Both the position numbers and the translations under genes were made by a program. The notes beneath the pieces were generated by a model. It worked only from the letters and a program-made list of their open reading frames with translations, did not search any database and was not told where the DNA came from. A DNA stretch of 64,000 nucleotides from an uncultured Candidatus Poseidoniales archaeon (GTDB taxonomy: Archaea; Thermoplasmatota; Poseidoniia; Poseidoniales; Thalassarchaeaceae), in assembly GCA_902625325.1 (NCBI GenBank), contig CACOAW010000007.1, forward strand, positions 16,262 through 80,261, written 5' to 3'. Every line of letters starts with the position of its first letter. Position 1 is the stretch's first letter. This document shows, in pieces, positions 28,361 through 36,129 of the stretch.

Positions 28361-29584
28361 CTATGCATCCGTCTCTTTGAACGATACAGCCCCTCCCTTG
28401 CTTCTGATGGATTTCCATTGCTCACGAACTCTTTCAGCGTCAATGCTGGGGTCCCATGAATCTCTTTTTAGCGACTTTCTGAAGGGCATCCTGTGGACAA
28501 CCCTGCCGTCTGAAAGATCCTTCCTTCTCAGCATTCCAATCTTGACAATCGGCCACAATGCCCTTCGAAATAGCCCAGGTTTGTACAGCCAACGCATGAA
28601 GTTCAATCCGTCTCCACTTCTCTTCTGGTCCCTCATCCACTGGTTTGCTACCATCTTGAATCCTCTATCGCCGACCCTGTTCATCAAGAAGCGATTTATG
28701 GCGCTGGCTTTTACAAGAGGAACAAGCCTTCTCCTTACTTCTTTCTCGTATTCGAATTCCCCTAGTAACGACTTAGCCGCCAGCACTCCACTGGTTATCG
28801 CGTATCTCATTCCAAAACCCCACATGAAGTCCTGTAGGCCCCCGGCCTCGCCAACGTACAGCCGATCTTCGTGGACATACTTCGTGGGTATTCCAAAGTC
28901 CCCCTTCCCTCCGACCCTCTTTATCGGCTCCCTATCCAAGTCGTAATTTCGTTCGTACCAAGCTATTGTTTCGTCCAGATATCTCCCACTATTCCTTTGC
29001 TTACGCCATAGACAAGTGCAAATGAGTCCGATACCATCAATGACAATCAGGTAAGAGTATGCACCAGGCGCCAATTTGTCATTCAATTGGAAGGCAACGA
29101 GGTTCCTATGTTTTGTGTGGAAAATCTCGCCATATGCGACGGCACTCGACTCTCTAGGTCCTGCGGCAACTATGTCGCACTCCACAGGAGATTTCTTGAC
29201 TCCATAGTGTATCTTCACCCCAGACTCTAAGGCCATCCTCTTGAATGCCTGATCAATTGTATGCTCCGCAGTACCTCTCTCAACCACCCTGAAAGCAACA
29301 CCTTCCGTTTTTGGATTAGTCACAACATCATCTGGATGGATAAGATCAATGATTGCAAATGAATCAGACTTGAACTCTGTCGCGTCGAATCCCCAATCTG
29401 CTAACTCTTCCAAGAAGTCAATATCGCTCGTCCAATTCTCGATGCCCTGGAAGTCTCCATCGAATCGTGCTCCGCTGTCGGACTTGATTTCGTGAACGTG
29501 AACATCCTTCCCGGCTTTAGCCAATATCGTTGCAGCCGAGAGGCCTGAGAGACCTGCTCCAAGGATGTGCACTTCGGCGCTCAT
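28361..29584 (-). CDS. FAD-dependent oxidoreductase (geranylgeranyl reductase / FixC-like fold) with a basic C-terminal extension
   Basis: Dinucleotide-binding motif HILGAGLSGLSAATILAKAGKDVHVHE directly after the Met at 29584. Confidence 0.7.
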   Translation of the reverse strand: MSAEVHILGAGLSGLSAATILAKAGKDVHVHEIKSDSGARFDGDFQGIENWTSDIDFLEELADWGFDATEFKSDSFAIIDLIHPDDVVTNPKTEGVAFRVVERGTAEHTIDQAFKRMALESGVKIHYGVKKSPVECDIVAAGPRESSAVAYGEIFHTKHRNLVAFQLNDKLAPGAYSYLIVIDGIGLICTCLWRKQRNSGRYLDETIAWYERNYDLDREPIKRVGGKGDFGIPTKYVHEDRLYVGEAGGLQDFMWGFGMRYAITSGVLAAKSLLGEFEYEKEVRRRLVPLVKASAINRFLMNRVGDRGFKMVANQWMRDQKRSGDGLNFMRWLYKPGLFRRALWPIVKIGMLRRKDLSDGRVVHRMPFRKSLKRDSWDPSIDAERVREQWKSIRSKGGAVSFKETDA

Positions 29585-29661
29585 GGTTTCGCGACCACAT
29601 ATGTTCGCTTGAACGGTTGGGTCGCCCATCGGTTTCAAGGGGTAAATCCCATGGGGGGGGC

Positions 29662-30081
29662 GTGGCAGTCCATATCGAGGTTGACAGTAAACCTCTGGAT
29701 ATCTCCAGACTTCGTGGCATTATCGACTCCAAGGGTTGTGGTAGCGTAGTCAGTTTCGTTGGTTTGACCAGGGATGTTGAGGATGGAGTTCTAGTAAAGG
29801 GACTGGAGTTCGATGCTTGGGAGAATGAACTTCCGAGGGTTCTTCAGAGAATTGCAGAAGAAGCCATTTCCACATTCGGGGTAAGCTTCATTGTTATGTC
29901 ACATAGAACTGGATTCGTTGAACCCGGCCAAGAAATAGTTTGCATCCATGTAGGCTCGGCCCACAGGGCCGAGGGCTTTACCGCATGTTCTTGGCTGATT
30001 TCTGAACTAAAAAGGCAGGCTCCTCTCTGGAAGAAAGAGTTGAGGGAGGACGGAGAATTCTGGAAGGCAGGTCTTGGATAG
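29662..30081 (+). CDS. moaE: Molybdopterin synthase catalytic subunit MoaE
   Basis: SVVSFVGLTRD, HRTGFVEPGQEIVCIHVGSAHRAEGF and APLWKKE. There is no in-frame ATG, so GTG at 29662 is proposed as the start. Confidence 0.7.
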   Translation: MAVHIEVDSKPLDISRLRGIIDSKGCGSVVSFVGLTRDVEDGVLVKGLEFDAWENELPRVLQRIAEEAISTFGVSFIVMSHRTGFVEPGQEIVCIHVGSAHRAEGFTACSWLISELKRQAPLWKKELREDGEFWKAGLG

Positions 30082-30153
30082 GGCCGCTTGAATCTAACAC
30101 TCAAGTCCGTGCGTCTGAATAGTGTGGACCTATTCCGGGAAAGCGGTGATGTG

Positions 30154-30612
30154 ATGGGCGACAGTTGGTCTGGAATAGTTGACGTTGGTTCTAAACCAAT
30201 TGTACGGAGGGAGGCCACTGCTACTGGCATGATTCTACTAAGGTCAGAATCTATTGAAGCAGTGGCCAATGGGTCTTCTCCAAAGGGAGATGTCCGCGAA
30301 GCCTCGACTATTTCTGCGATTCAGGCAGTCAAAGAGACCTCTCGCACCCTTCCTCACTGTCACCCTATACCCATCGAGGGATGCCACGTAGAGTGGGTGC
30401 TAGAAGAAAGAGGACTGAGGTGTAATGTTACAGTTAGGACTCATTGGACAACCGGGGTTGAGATGGAAGCTCTGTGTGGAGTAAGCGCTGGGTTGCTTTG
30501 CGCTTGGGACATGTTGAAGCCGATAGAGAAGGACAGGGAAGGGCAGTATCCCGAGGTAAGAATTGAGGATATCCGAGTCCTAAAAAAGGAGAAGGCACAT
30601 CCGCAGGATTGA
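30154..30612 (+). CDS. moaC: Cyclic pyranopterin monophosphate synthase MoaC
   Basis: VDVGSKPIVRREATA, TTGVEMEALCG and IRVLKKEK. The start is ATG at 30154 or TTG at 30088. Confidence 0.8.
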   Translation: MGDSWSGIVDVGSKPIVRREATATGMILLRSESIEAVANGSSPKGDVREASTISAIQAVKETSRTLPHCHPIPIEGCHVEWVLEERGLRCNVTVRTHWTTGVEMEALCGVSAGLLCAWDMLKPIEKDREGQYPEVRIEDIRVLKKEKAHPQD

Positions 30613-30636
30613 ATTCTATTACCCTTTCACAAGTGT

Positions 30637-31584
30637 GTGCCAACGGCAGACCTAATTCCAGATTTTCTCAAGGCCACGGAGGCTGCAGCTATCGCTGCTT
30701 CAAGTTGGAGGGGGCTAAGGGATGGAAAGGGGGCCGACGGTGCCGCCGTAGAAGCAATGCGTGCGATATTCGACTCTGTTCCCTTCGATGGCAGAGTTGC
30801 CATTGGTGAGGGCGAGAGGGACGACGCTCCGATGCTATGGATCGGAGAGCCTCTCGGATCAAAGCAAGGAGATCCAAATGCTCCATCAATAGACATTGCT
30901 GTTGATCCTCTCGAATGTACCAACCACGTAGCAAATGATCTCCCAAATGCAATGGCAGTACTGGCCGCAGCCCCAAGGGGGTCTCTATTGCATGCTCCGG
31001 ATTGCTACATGGACAAGATAGCAGGACCTTCAGAGATATTCGACGCTATTAGCTTGGAAGCAGATGTAGATTACAACATTGAGGGGGCCTCGCATGCATT
31101 GGGTAAGTCCCCATCCGACATGCAAGTAGTGGTGATGGACAGACCTAGGCATGAAGATTTGATTAGAAATCTGAAGGATATGGGAATTTCTCCAGTACTG
31201 ATTGGCGATGGGGACATAGCTGCAGCACTGAACGCTGCAGATCCTGATTCAGAAATTGATATGTTGATGGGGATAGGGGCAGCCCCGGAGGGAGTGATTA
31301 CAGCAACGGCTCTGAGGGGTCTCGATGCTCCATTTGAGGGAAGACTTGTGTTCAAGAACGAGGGACACCGTGAGAGAGCAGAGGAAATGATCGAAGGAGA
31401 TGTAGAGAGAATCTGGTCTCGGGACGAACTCTGTACGACGGAAGACTCGATTTTCATCGGAACAGGTGTTTGTGACGGCAGAACAAAAGGAGTTGAAGAC
31501 CTTGGACAAGGGTCCTACAGCGTCCATTCCGAGATTATAGACGTCAAATCAAAAGAACACTACATCGTTTCAACTACAATCTAG
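30637..31584 (+). CDS. glpX: Class II fructose-1,6-bisphosphatase (GlpX type)
   Basis: ATEAAAIAASSWRGLRDGKGADGAAVEAMR, AIGEGERDDAPML and VDPLECT. GTG start. Confidence 0.85.
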   Translation: MPTADLIPDFLKATEAAAIAASSWRGLRDGKGADGAAVEAMRAIFDSVPFDGRVAIGEGERDDAPMLWIGEPLGSKQGDPNAPSIDIAVDPLECTNHVANDLPNAMAVLAAAPRGSLLHAPDCYMDKIAGPSEIFDAISLEADVDYNIEGASHALGKSPSDMQVVVMDRPRHEDLIRNLKDMGISPVLIGDGDIAAALNAADPDSEIDMLMGIGAAPEGVITATALRGLDAPFEGRLVFKNEGHRERAEEMIEGDVERIWSRDELCTTEDSIFIGTGVCDGRTKGVEDLGQGSYSVHSEIIDVKSKEHYIVSTTI

Positions 31585-31668
31585 AAAGGCAATTCTCCTT
31601 TCCCTTGAAAAAAACATTGACGATGGTTTCTTTTCTTACGGCCCCCTCCACTACTCCGAGGAAAGAAG

Positions 31669-32688
31669 ATGGATAGGGAATTGTTGGAGAAAAATGCTAG
31701 ATTATTGGTCTCCCCAGGAAAAGGCATACTTGCTGCAGATGAGAGTAACGGGACGATGTCCAATCGCTTGGAAGCAGTAGGTGTGAAAGCATCGTCTGAG
31801 ACCAGAAGGGCATACCGTGCAAATCTCTTCTCCACGGAGGGTTATGAGTCTGCCATTAGTGGCGTTATACTATTCGACGAAACAATCCGTCAGACAATGA
31901 AAGACGGTACTCCAATACCCTCCGAACTTTCTAATAGAGGAATCCTTCCAGGAATAAAGGTCGACATTGGAGCGAAGGAACTGGCCAATCATGAGGGTGA
32001 AAAAATCACGGAGGGACTCGACGGACTTAGAGAAAGATGTTCTGAGTATTTCGAAATGGGTGCCAGATTCGCTAAATGGCGTGCAGTGATTAGGATCGAT
32101 GCAGGACTCCCAACTAAAGCGTGCATTACCGCGAATGCCCATGCCTTGGCAAGGTACTCAGCAATCTGCCAGGAGCAAGGGCTAGTTCCTATAATCGAAC
32201 CAGAGGTTCTGATGGATGGAGACCATGATGCTAGAAGATGCTACGAGGTAACGGCAGAAATTTTGGACGCTACATTCTCTGAGTGTGAAAGCCAATGTGT
32301 ACACATTCCTGGAGCCTTGCTAAAGCCAAATATGATAATTCAAGGCAATGATTGTGAAAACCAGATTTCTCGAGAGGAGGTTGCAAACCTCACTGTCGAA
32401 TGCCTAACAAATCATGTCCCTCACAACCTCCCCGGAATAGTATTCCTATCTGGAGGACAATCCGACGAAGATGCCACAGCACACCTCAATTTGATGAATA
32501 AGATGAATCTTGAGCACTCTTGGGAGCTATCATACTCCTATGGTAGGGCGCTACAAGCCGACGCCCTACGTAAGTGGGCAGAGAATACTGAAGATTCTGA
32601 TATATCCAGTCAAGCAGCGTTTTTGCATAGGGCGAAAATGAATAGCTTGGCTAGGTTTGGTGATTGGAGCCAGGACCTGGAGAAGTGA
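31669..32688 (+). CDS. fba: Class I fructose-bisphosphate aldolase (classical bacterial/eukaryotic Glycolytic family)
   Basis: LAADESNGTMSNRL, ARFAKWR, the Schiff-base lysine region LLKPNM, FLSGGQS and SYGRALQ. Confidence 0.85.
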   Translation: MDRELLEKNARLLVSPGKGILAADESNGTMSNRLEAVGVKASSETRRAYRANLFSTEGYESAISGVILFDETIRQTMKDGTPIPSELSNRGILPGIKVDIGAKELANHEGEKITEGLDGLRERCSEYFEMGARFAKWRAVIRIDAGLPTKACITANAHALARYSAICQEQGLVPIIEPEVLMDGDHDARRCYEVTAEILDATFSECESQCVHIPGALLKPNMIIQGNDCENQISREEVANLTVECLTNHVPHNLPGIVFLSGGQSDEDATAHLNLMNKMNLEHSWELSYSYGRALQADALRKWAENTEDSDISSQAAFLHRAKMNSLARFGDWSQDLEK

Positions 32689-32943
32689 TCAGGCCTTCTC
32701 TTCCAATGCGCCTGGGCGTACCTGCCATACACAGATTTCGTATCTACCAGAAAGTGCCCCGCCCCTCTTGGTCGTGGCCACCTTCAGTATGTCTTTGTCC
32801 TTTGAAAGAACATTCCCTAATTGCTGCGGAGTAGTTCCATGCCTCATGGTTGAGTTAACATGTTCTAGTATTTCGGTTGTGTTGGCCTCTCCTCTTTCGT
32901 CTAAGAATTTCTTGATCTTTTGCCTCAGTCTTGTGGTCCTCAT
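32689..32943 (-). CDS. Small basic winged-helix (wHTH) DNA-binding protein, about 84 aa
   Basis: MRTTRLRQKIKKFLDERGEANTTEILEHVN...TPQQLGNVLSKDKDILKV has a wHTH-like pattern. The ORF-track GTG start at 33093 would add 50 Lys-rich residues running into the AT-rich intergenic region, which looks unlikely. Confidence 0.45.
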   Translation of the reverse strand: MRTTRLRQKIKKFLDERGEANTTEILEHVNSTMRHGTTPQQLGNVLSKDKDILKVATTKRGGALSGRYEICVWQVRPGALEEKA

Positions 32944-33109
32944 ATTCTCACTCTTCTTGTTCCCGGGACTCCCACAATGTCCGCTTTTCACAGGATAGCG
33001 GATGGTAATATAATGCTTCTGTATGTTTTTTCTCTTCTTGGTTACAAATAATGACAGTTTTTTTGCTTTTTCTAAATGTTTTTTCCACTGCACATTCCAA
33101 ATAATGATA

Positions 33110-33123
33110 TTTCCACTGGAAAA
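33110..33123. promoter_or_regulatory. Near-perfect palindrome TTTCCACTGGAAAA: an operator or mini-ORB-like element in an AT-rich divergent intergenic region
   Basis: Read directly from the sequence. A second TTCCACTG copy lies at 33083-33090. CTAAATGT copies at 33072-33079 and 33130-33137 flank the pair. Confidence 0.4.
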
Positions 33124-33197
33124 TTATAACTAAATGTAACTAAAACGAATATTTTATTACTATCTTTCAAAGAGTATCATTCTGTAGGTGTTTTTTC

Positions 33198-35825
33198 GTG
33201 TCAGATGCTTCCCATAGATTCGTCCATGATGATCCGAAGAAAATCAGAAGTAAGCACCGTCGCAGGATTCTCTCCCTGCTCTCGGATGGTGAAGCCACGG
33301 TCTCTCTTTTGTCCTCAGAATCAGGACTTAGAATGCCACACGTTTCTGCTGAAATAAGTCGCATGAGGGTCGAGGGGCTAGCTACAAGTGACCTTCCTCC
33401 TGGTTCCAGGGGTGCAAGAATCAGACTTACGGAGGATGGTTGGAGGACTCTAGAAGATGACGAGTGGTCAAAAGTAGTTGAGTTGAAGGCGCCTTCCTCA
33501 AACTCAGATTATTGTTGTGTGTTGTCGAGGGACGAAGAAAATCTAACTTTGTGTTTTCTGAGTGTTCCAAGAGAACCCTTGGTGCAAATTCCAAACCGAA
33601 CAGCGACCCTAATCTCAGATACCACTATGTCCACAAGAAACAAAGGGGTCTCTTGGAGTTGGGCAGTTCTTTCTGAAGCTGCCCCTCGTTGGTTCGACAG
33701 AGAGAAAATGATAATCCTAGATTCACCTCCGGAGTTTGCCGACCCAGGAAGTATAGAGTCATATGCAGAAAAACCACAAATTTTCGGAGTTATCAGGGCT
33801 AAGCTCCTGCACCAATCCACTAAATCGGTAATTTCACCTGGAGAATGGTTTTCTCAACCAAACCAGATTTACACTGCCCCCCTGGATGAGGCTACTCATC
33901 ACAGAGGAGATTGGACTCTTGGCTCACCTCATAGCAAATCTCCGGATGTCAGGCCAACTCAACCTATCGCTGCTACCATCAAGCAAAGACTTCCACTTTC
34001 CGTTCTATTGAGGTCAGCCAAGTCAAACTCGCTGGTCATTGCAGATCTCAGAGGTTTGGGAATGGAAGGTGGAGAATACCCAATCGGGGCACTTAGATAT
34101 TGGATTGAGAAAGCCCATCCTAGGCTATCAGAGTCTGAAAGAAGAAGGAGGTTAAACTCGTTGATTGATAGGATTTCATCCTCTAGAAGAATAAAGGTTC
34201 CAGAGTCTACGATTAGAAAATTTAGGAAGGATTGGGTGGGAAGAAAATTCTCAAACGATGAATCGGCAATCAGATCAATCGAGTTGAGAGGTCTAAGTAA
34301 AAACGCAACAGAGTCTATCATCAGGTGGTCCATGGACAATGATTCAACCCCGTTGGTAATAGAGATCAGACATGATTTGACAAGCGAATTAATCTCTAGA
34401 ATTGCATCTAAGCAGAATCTTAGACTAGTAATTTTCGACCATTTACCGCATCAATTCTCATCATTCAATGTGCTTGAAGTAGATAGGATTCGAACACTTC
34501 CATGGTTGAGCTATCGTACTAGTGGGGGGGAGAGGATACCAGTAAGGATGGTGGAAAGAGGAAAAATCACAGACTATCCAGCAGAACCAGAGAATACTAC
34601 GATTTCTCCATGGCAGATTCTGAAAGTCCCTTCTGAGGATGACGAATACAAACACGAAATAGCCAGGAACTCTGCTTCAATAATTAGCTCTGCCGTCTCC
34701 CAATTTCCTGATGGTGATGAAGAATGGGCGAATCAAATGGAGGCAATGTATCCACTCGCGTCCTGGATAGCATCCCCAAGGACAACTAGGTGGCAAAGAT
34801 GGCAGAGAGTTTCCTCACGATTGGATTCAGAATGGATAGCACTACTTGATCTGGACTATGTTCCAATTGAGAAGATTTCAGAATTAGCCAATCAAGCCCC
34901 GAAATCAGTAAAGGAAATTTTCTCACGAACCTTAACTTACAAACTTAGAGAGAGTCCGGATAATCTGTTAAGATCATGGCCTGCAATAGATCCAACTCAA
35001 GCCGATTCGGGTGCTTCCTGGCTGGCGTCCCACTTTATTCAGAATTCAGCATGGATGCCTAAAGAGACGCATCATGACATCATCGGCTGGGCCGTTGAGG
35101 CATGGCTTTATGACCCTCCGGATGATTCTCTTGGGGCCCTGGATGGCATAAACTGGCTCTTTACTTCTGGAAATCTGGAGAAAGGGGTTTTCGATAGGCT
35201 AATTGAAAGAATTAGAGACATCGGAAACTCACTCCCTCAGGGACATCACCTCAATACTTGGTCTAGGCTTTACGACCACTCTTTAGGTAAAAGAGAGGCT
35301 AAACTGGAAGATGTACAGTTATTCATCACACATATCCCACATTCGTGGTGGGCGCCCCTTTCATCAGAATTCTTGAAAATGATACTTAACAGCGCTATTG
35401 CAGACAAATTCTTCAGTGTAAATATTCCTTGGTGTTCAACTGTACTAAGTCCTAAAGGAGAGGTTTCACGTCATCTAGGGCTTTCTTCTGTGATTAATCA
35501 AGGCTGCGATATCGAAATTTTCCCTTTACTGCAGAACTACTTACGTTCGGCTAGTCCCGAGGTAGGTGATGTCAATTCTATGAACCATCTCTGGGATTTA
35601 CTATCCGCGTTAGAATCAATTAGAGTAGGCTCTTATCCTTCTGTTGGGCTCTCCCATCAACTATCAGGTTGGCTAGCACAACCACTCGAGAAGTGGCCCA
35701 ACTTCACTCTGGAGATGATTATGGATGGCGACATAGACGTTTCAGAAAGTCTAATTCTTCGGAAGTCCGGATTTCACGAAGGACTCAGGAATATCGATAG
35801 TTCTACCCAACCGTTGGGTTCTTGA
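33198..35825 (+). CDS. Large (875 aa) orphan protein with an N-terminal ArsR/MarR-like winged-helix domain
   Basis: An uninterrupted 2.6 kb ORF with a GTG start. The N-terminus KHRRRILSLLSDGEATVSLLSSESGLRMPHVSAEISRMRVEGL fits a wHTH. I found no Walker A, nuclease or other catalytic motif. Confidence 0.6.
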   Translation: MSDASHRFVHDDPKKIRSKHRRRILSLLSDGEATVSLLSSESGLRMPHVSAEISRMRVEGLATSDLPPGSRGARIRLTEDGWRTLEDDEWSKVVELKAPSSNSDYCCVLSRDEENLTLCFLSVPREPLVQIPNRTATLISDTTMSTRNKGVSWSWAVLSEAAPRWFDREKMIILDSPPEFADPGSIESYAEKPQIFGVIRAKLLHQSTKSVISPGEWFSQPNQIYTAPLDEATHHRGDWTLGSPHSKSPDVRPTQPIAATIKQRLPLSVLLRSAKSNSLVIADLRGLGMEGGEYPIGALRYWIEKAHPRLSESERRRRLNSLIDRISSSRRIKVPESTIRKFRKDWVGRKFSNDESAIRSIELRGLSKNATESIIRWSMDNDSTPLVIEIRHDLTSELISRIASKQNLRLVIFDHLPHQFSSFNVLEVDRIRTLPWLSYRTSGGERIPVRMVERGKITDYPAEPENTTISPWQILKVPSEDDEYKHEIARNSASIISSAVSQFPDGDEEWANQMEAMYPLASWIASPRTTRWQRWQRVSSRLDSEWIALLDLDYVPIEKISELANQAPKSVKEIFSRTLTYKLRESPDNLLRSWPAIDPTQADSGASWLASHFIQNSAWMPKETHHDIIGWAVEAWLYDPPDDSLGALDGINWLFTSGNLEKGVFDRLIERIRDIGNSLPQGHHLNTWSRLYDHSLGKREAKLEDVQLFITHIPHSWWAPLSSEFLKMILNSAIADKFFSVNIPWCSTVLSPKGEVSRHLGLSSVINQGCDIEIFPLLQNYLRSASPEVGDVNSMNHLWDLLSALESIRVGSYPSVGLSHQLSGWLAQPLEKWPNFTLEMIMDGDIDVSESLILRKSGFHEGLRNIDSSTQPLGS

Positions 35826-35836
35826 GCAAATCTGCA

Positions 35837-36107
35837 GGCGTAGAGTCGCCCAGCCGGCAACACCGTGCGGACGAAACCCCCTCGCCGGAGGTGGAGGATG
35901 AAACACGGCACCACGGATTGGGTGACCATCCGTCGAAGACCATCGTGACTCTCCTGAGAGAATGATCAATGGCGCAAATCGGGTGGCCGGACTGCGTAGG
36001 TCCCCTGAGGACGGAATAGAATGAATCAAGGGACTACCCCGCAGTCCGACAGACGTCCCGGGGTGGGTCAGGCGCCAGAGCAAAGCAGTGAAGGTTGCCG
36101 TTACGCC
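35837..36107 (+). ncRNA. Structured GC-rich non-coding RNA candidate (about 270 nt), family unresolved
   Basis: A GC-rich island between two CDSs. Nested perfect helices:
- GGCGTA 35837-42 / TACGCC 36102-07
- CGGCAAC 35855-61 / GTTGCCG 36094-100
- CCGTG 35863-67 / CACGG 35904-08
- ACGGAT 35913-18 / ATCCGT 35928-33
- TGGCGC 35970-75 / GCGCCA 36072-77
- GGACTGCG 35989-96 / CGCAGTCC 36040-47
A K-turn-like GA/AAUGA arrangement around 35945-35967 favours the plus strand. Confidence 0.55.
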
Positions 36108-36129
36108 CCGGGGCACACTGAAAGTTCAG

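Noticed and set aside
32689-35836. An integrated mobile element with att sites flanking the wHTH module.
   Set aside because: No integrase, transposase or recombinase ORF is present. The only shared flank sequence I could see is a trivial GGCGTA hexamer (about 32712 and 35837). The idea is kept only as one hypothesis within the finding, not as a feature.
35837-36107. Assigning the structured island specifically to RNase P RNA or to SRP (7S) RNA.
   Set aside because: I could not locate the universal RNase P CR-I/CR-V motifs (GGAAAGUCC, ACAGAA...GGCUUA) on either strand. The helix-8-like SRP motif is in the wrong topological position, near the 3-prime end and engaged in other helices. The family is left unresolved rather than named.
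35751-36116. A 121-aa minus-strand ORF covering the GC-rich island.
   Set aside because: The translation is Arg/Pro/Gly/Ser-rich with no hydrophobic core pattern. It exactly coincides with a region of dense nested base pairing. It is interpreted as a GC-driven spurious ORF over a structured RNA.
36088-36129. GTG at 36088 as the start of the PPAT fusion gene.
   Set aside because: It would place the first 14 codons inside the terminal helices of the RNA-like island. The conserved PPAT core (GGTFD) begins about 20 residues after the GTG at 36130/36139, which is the usual spacing.
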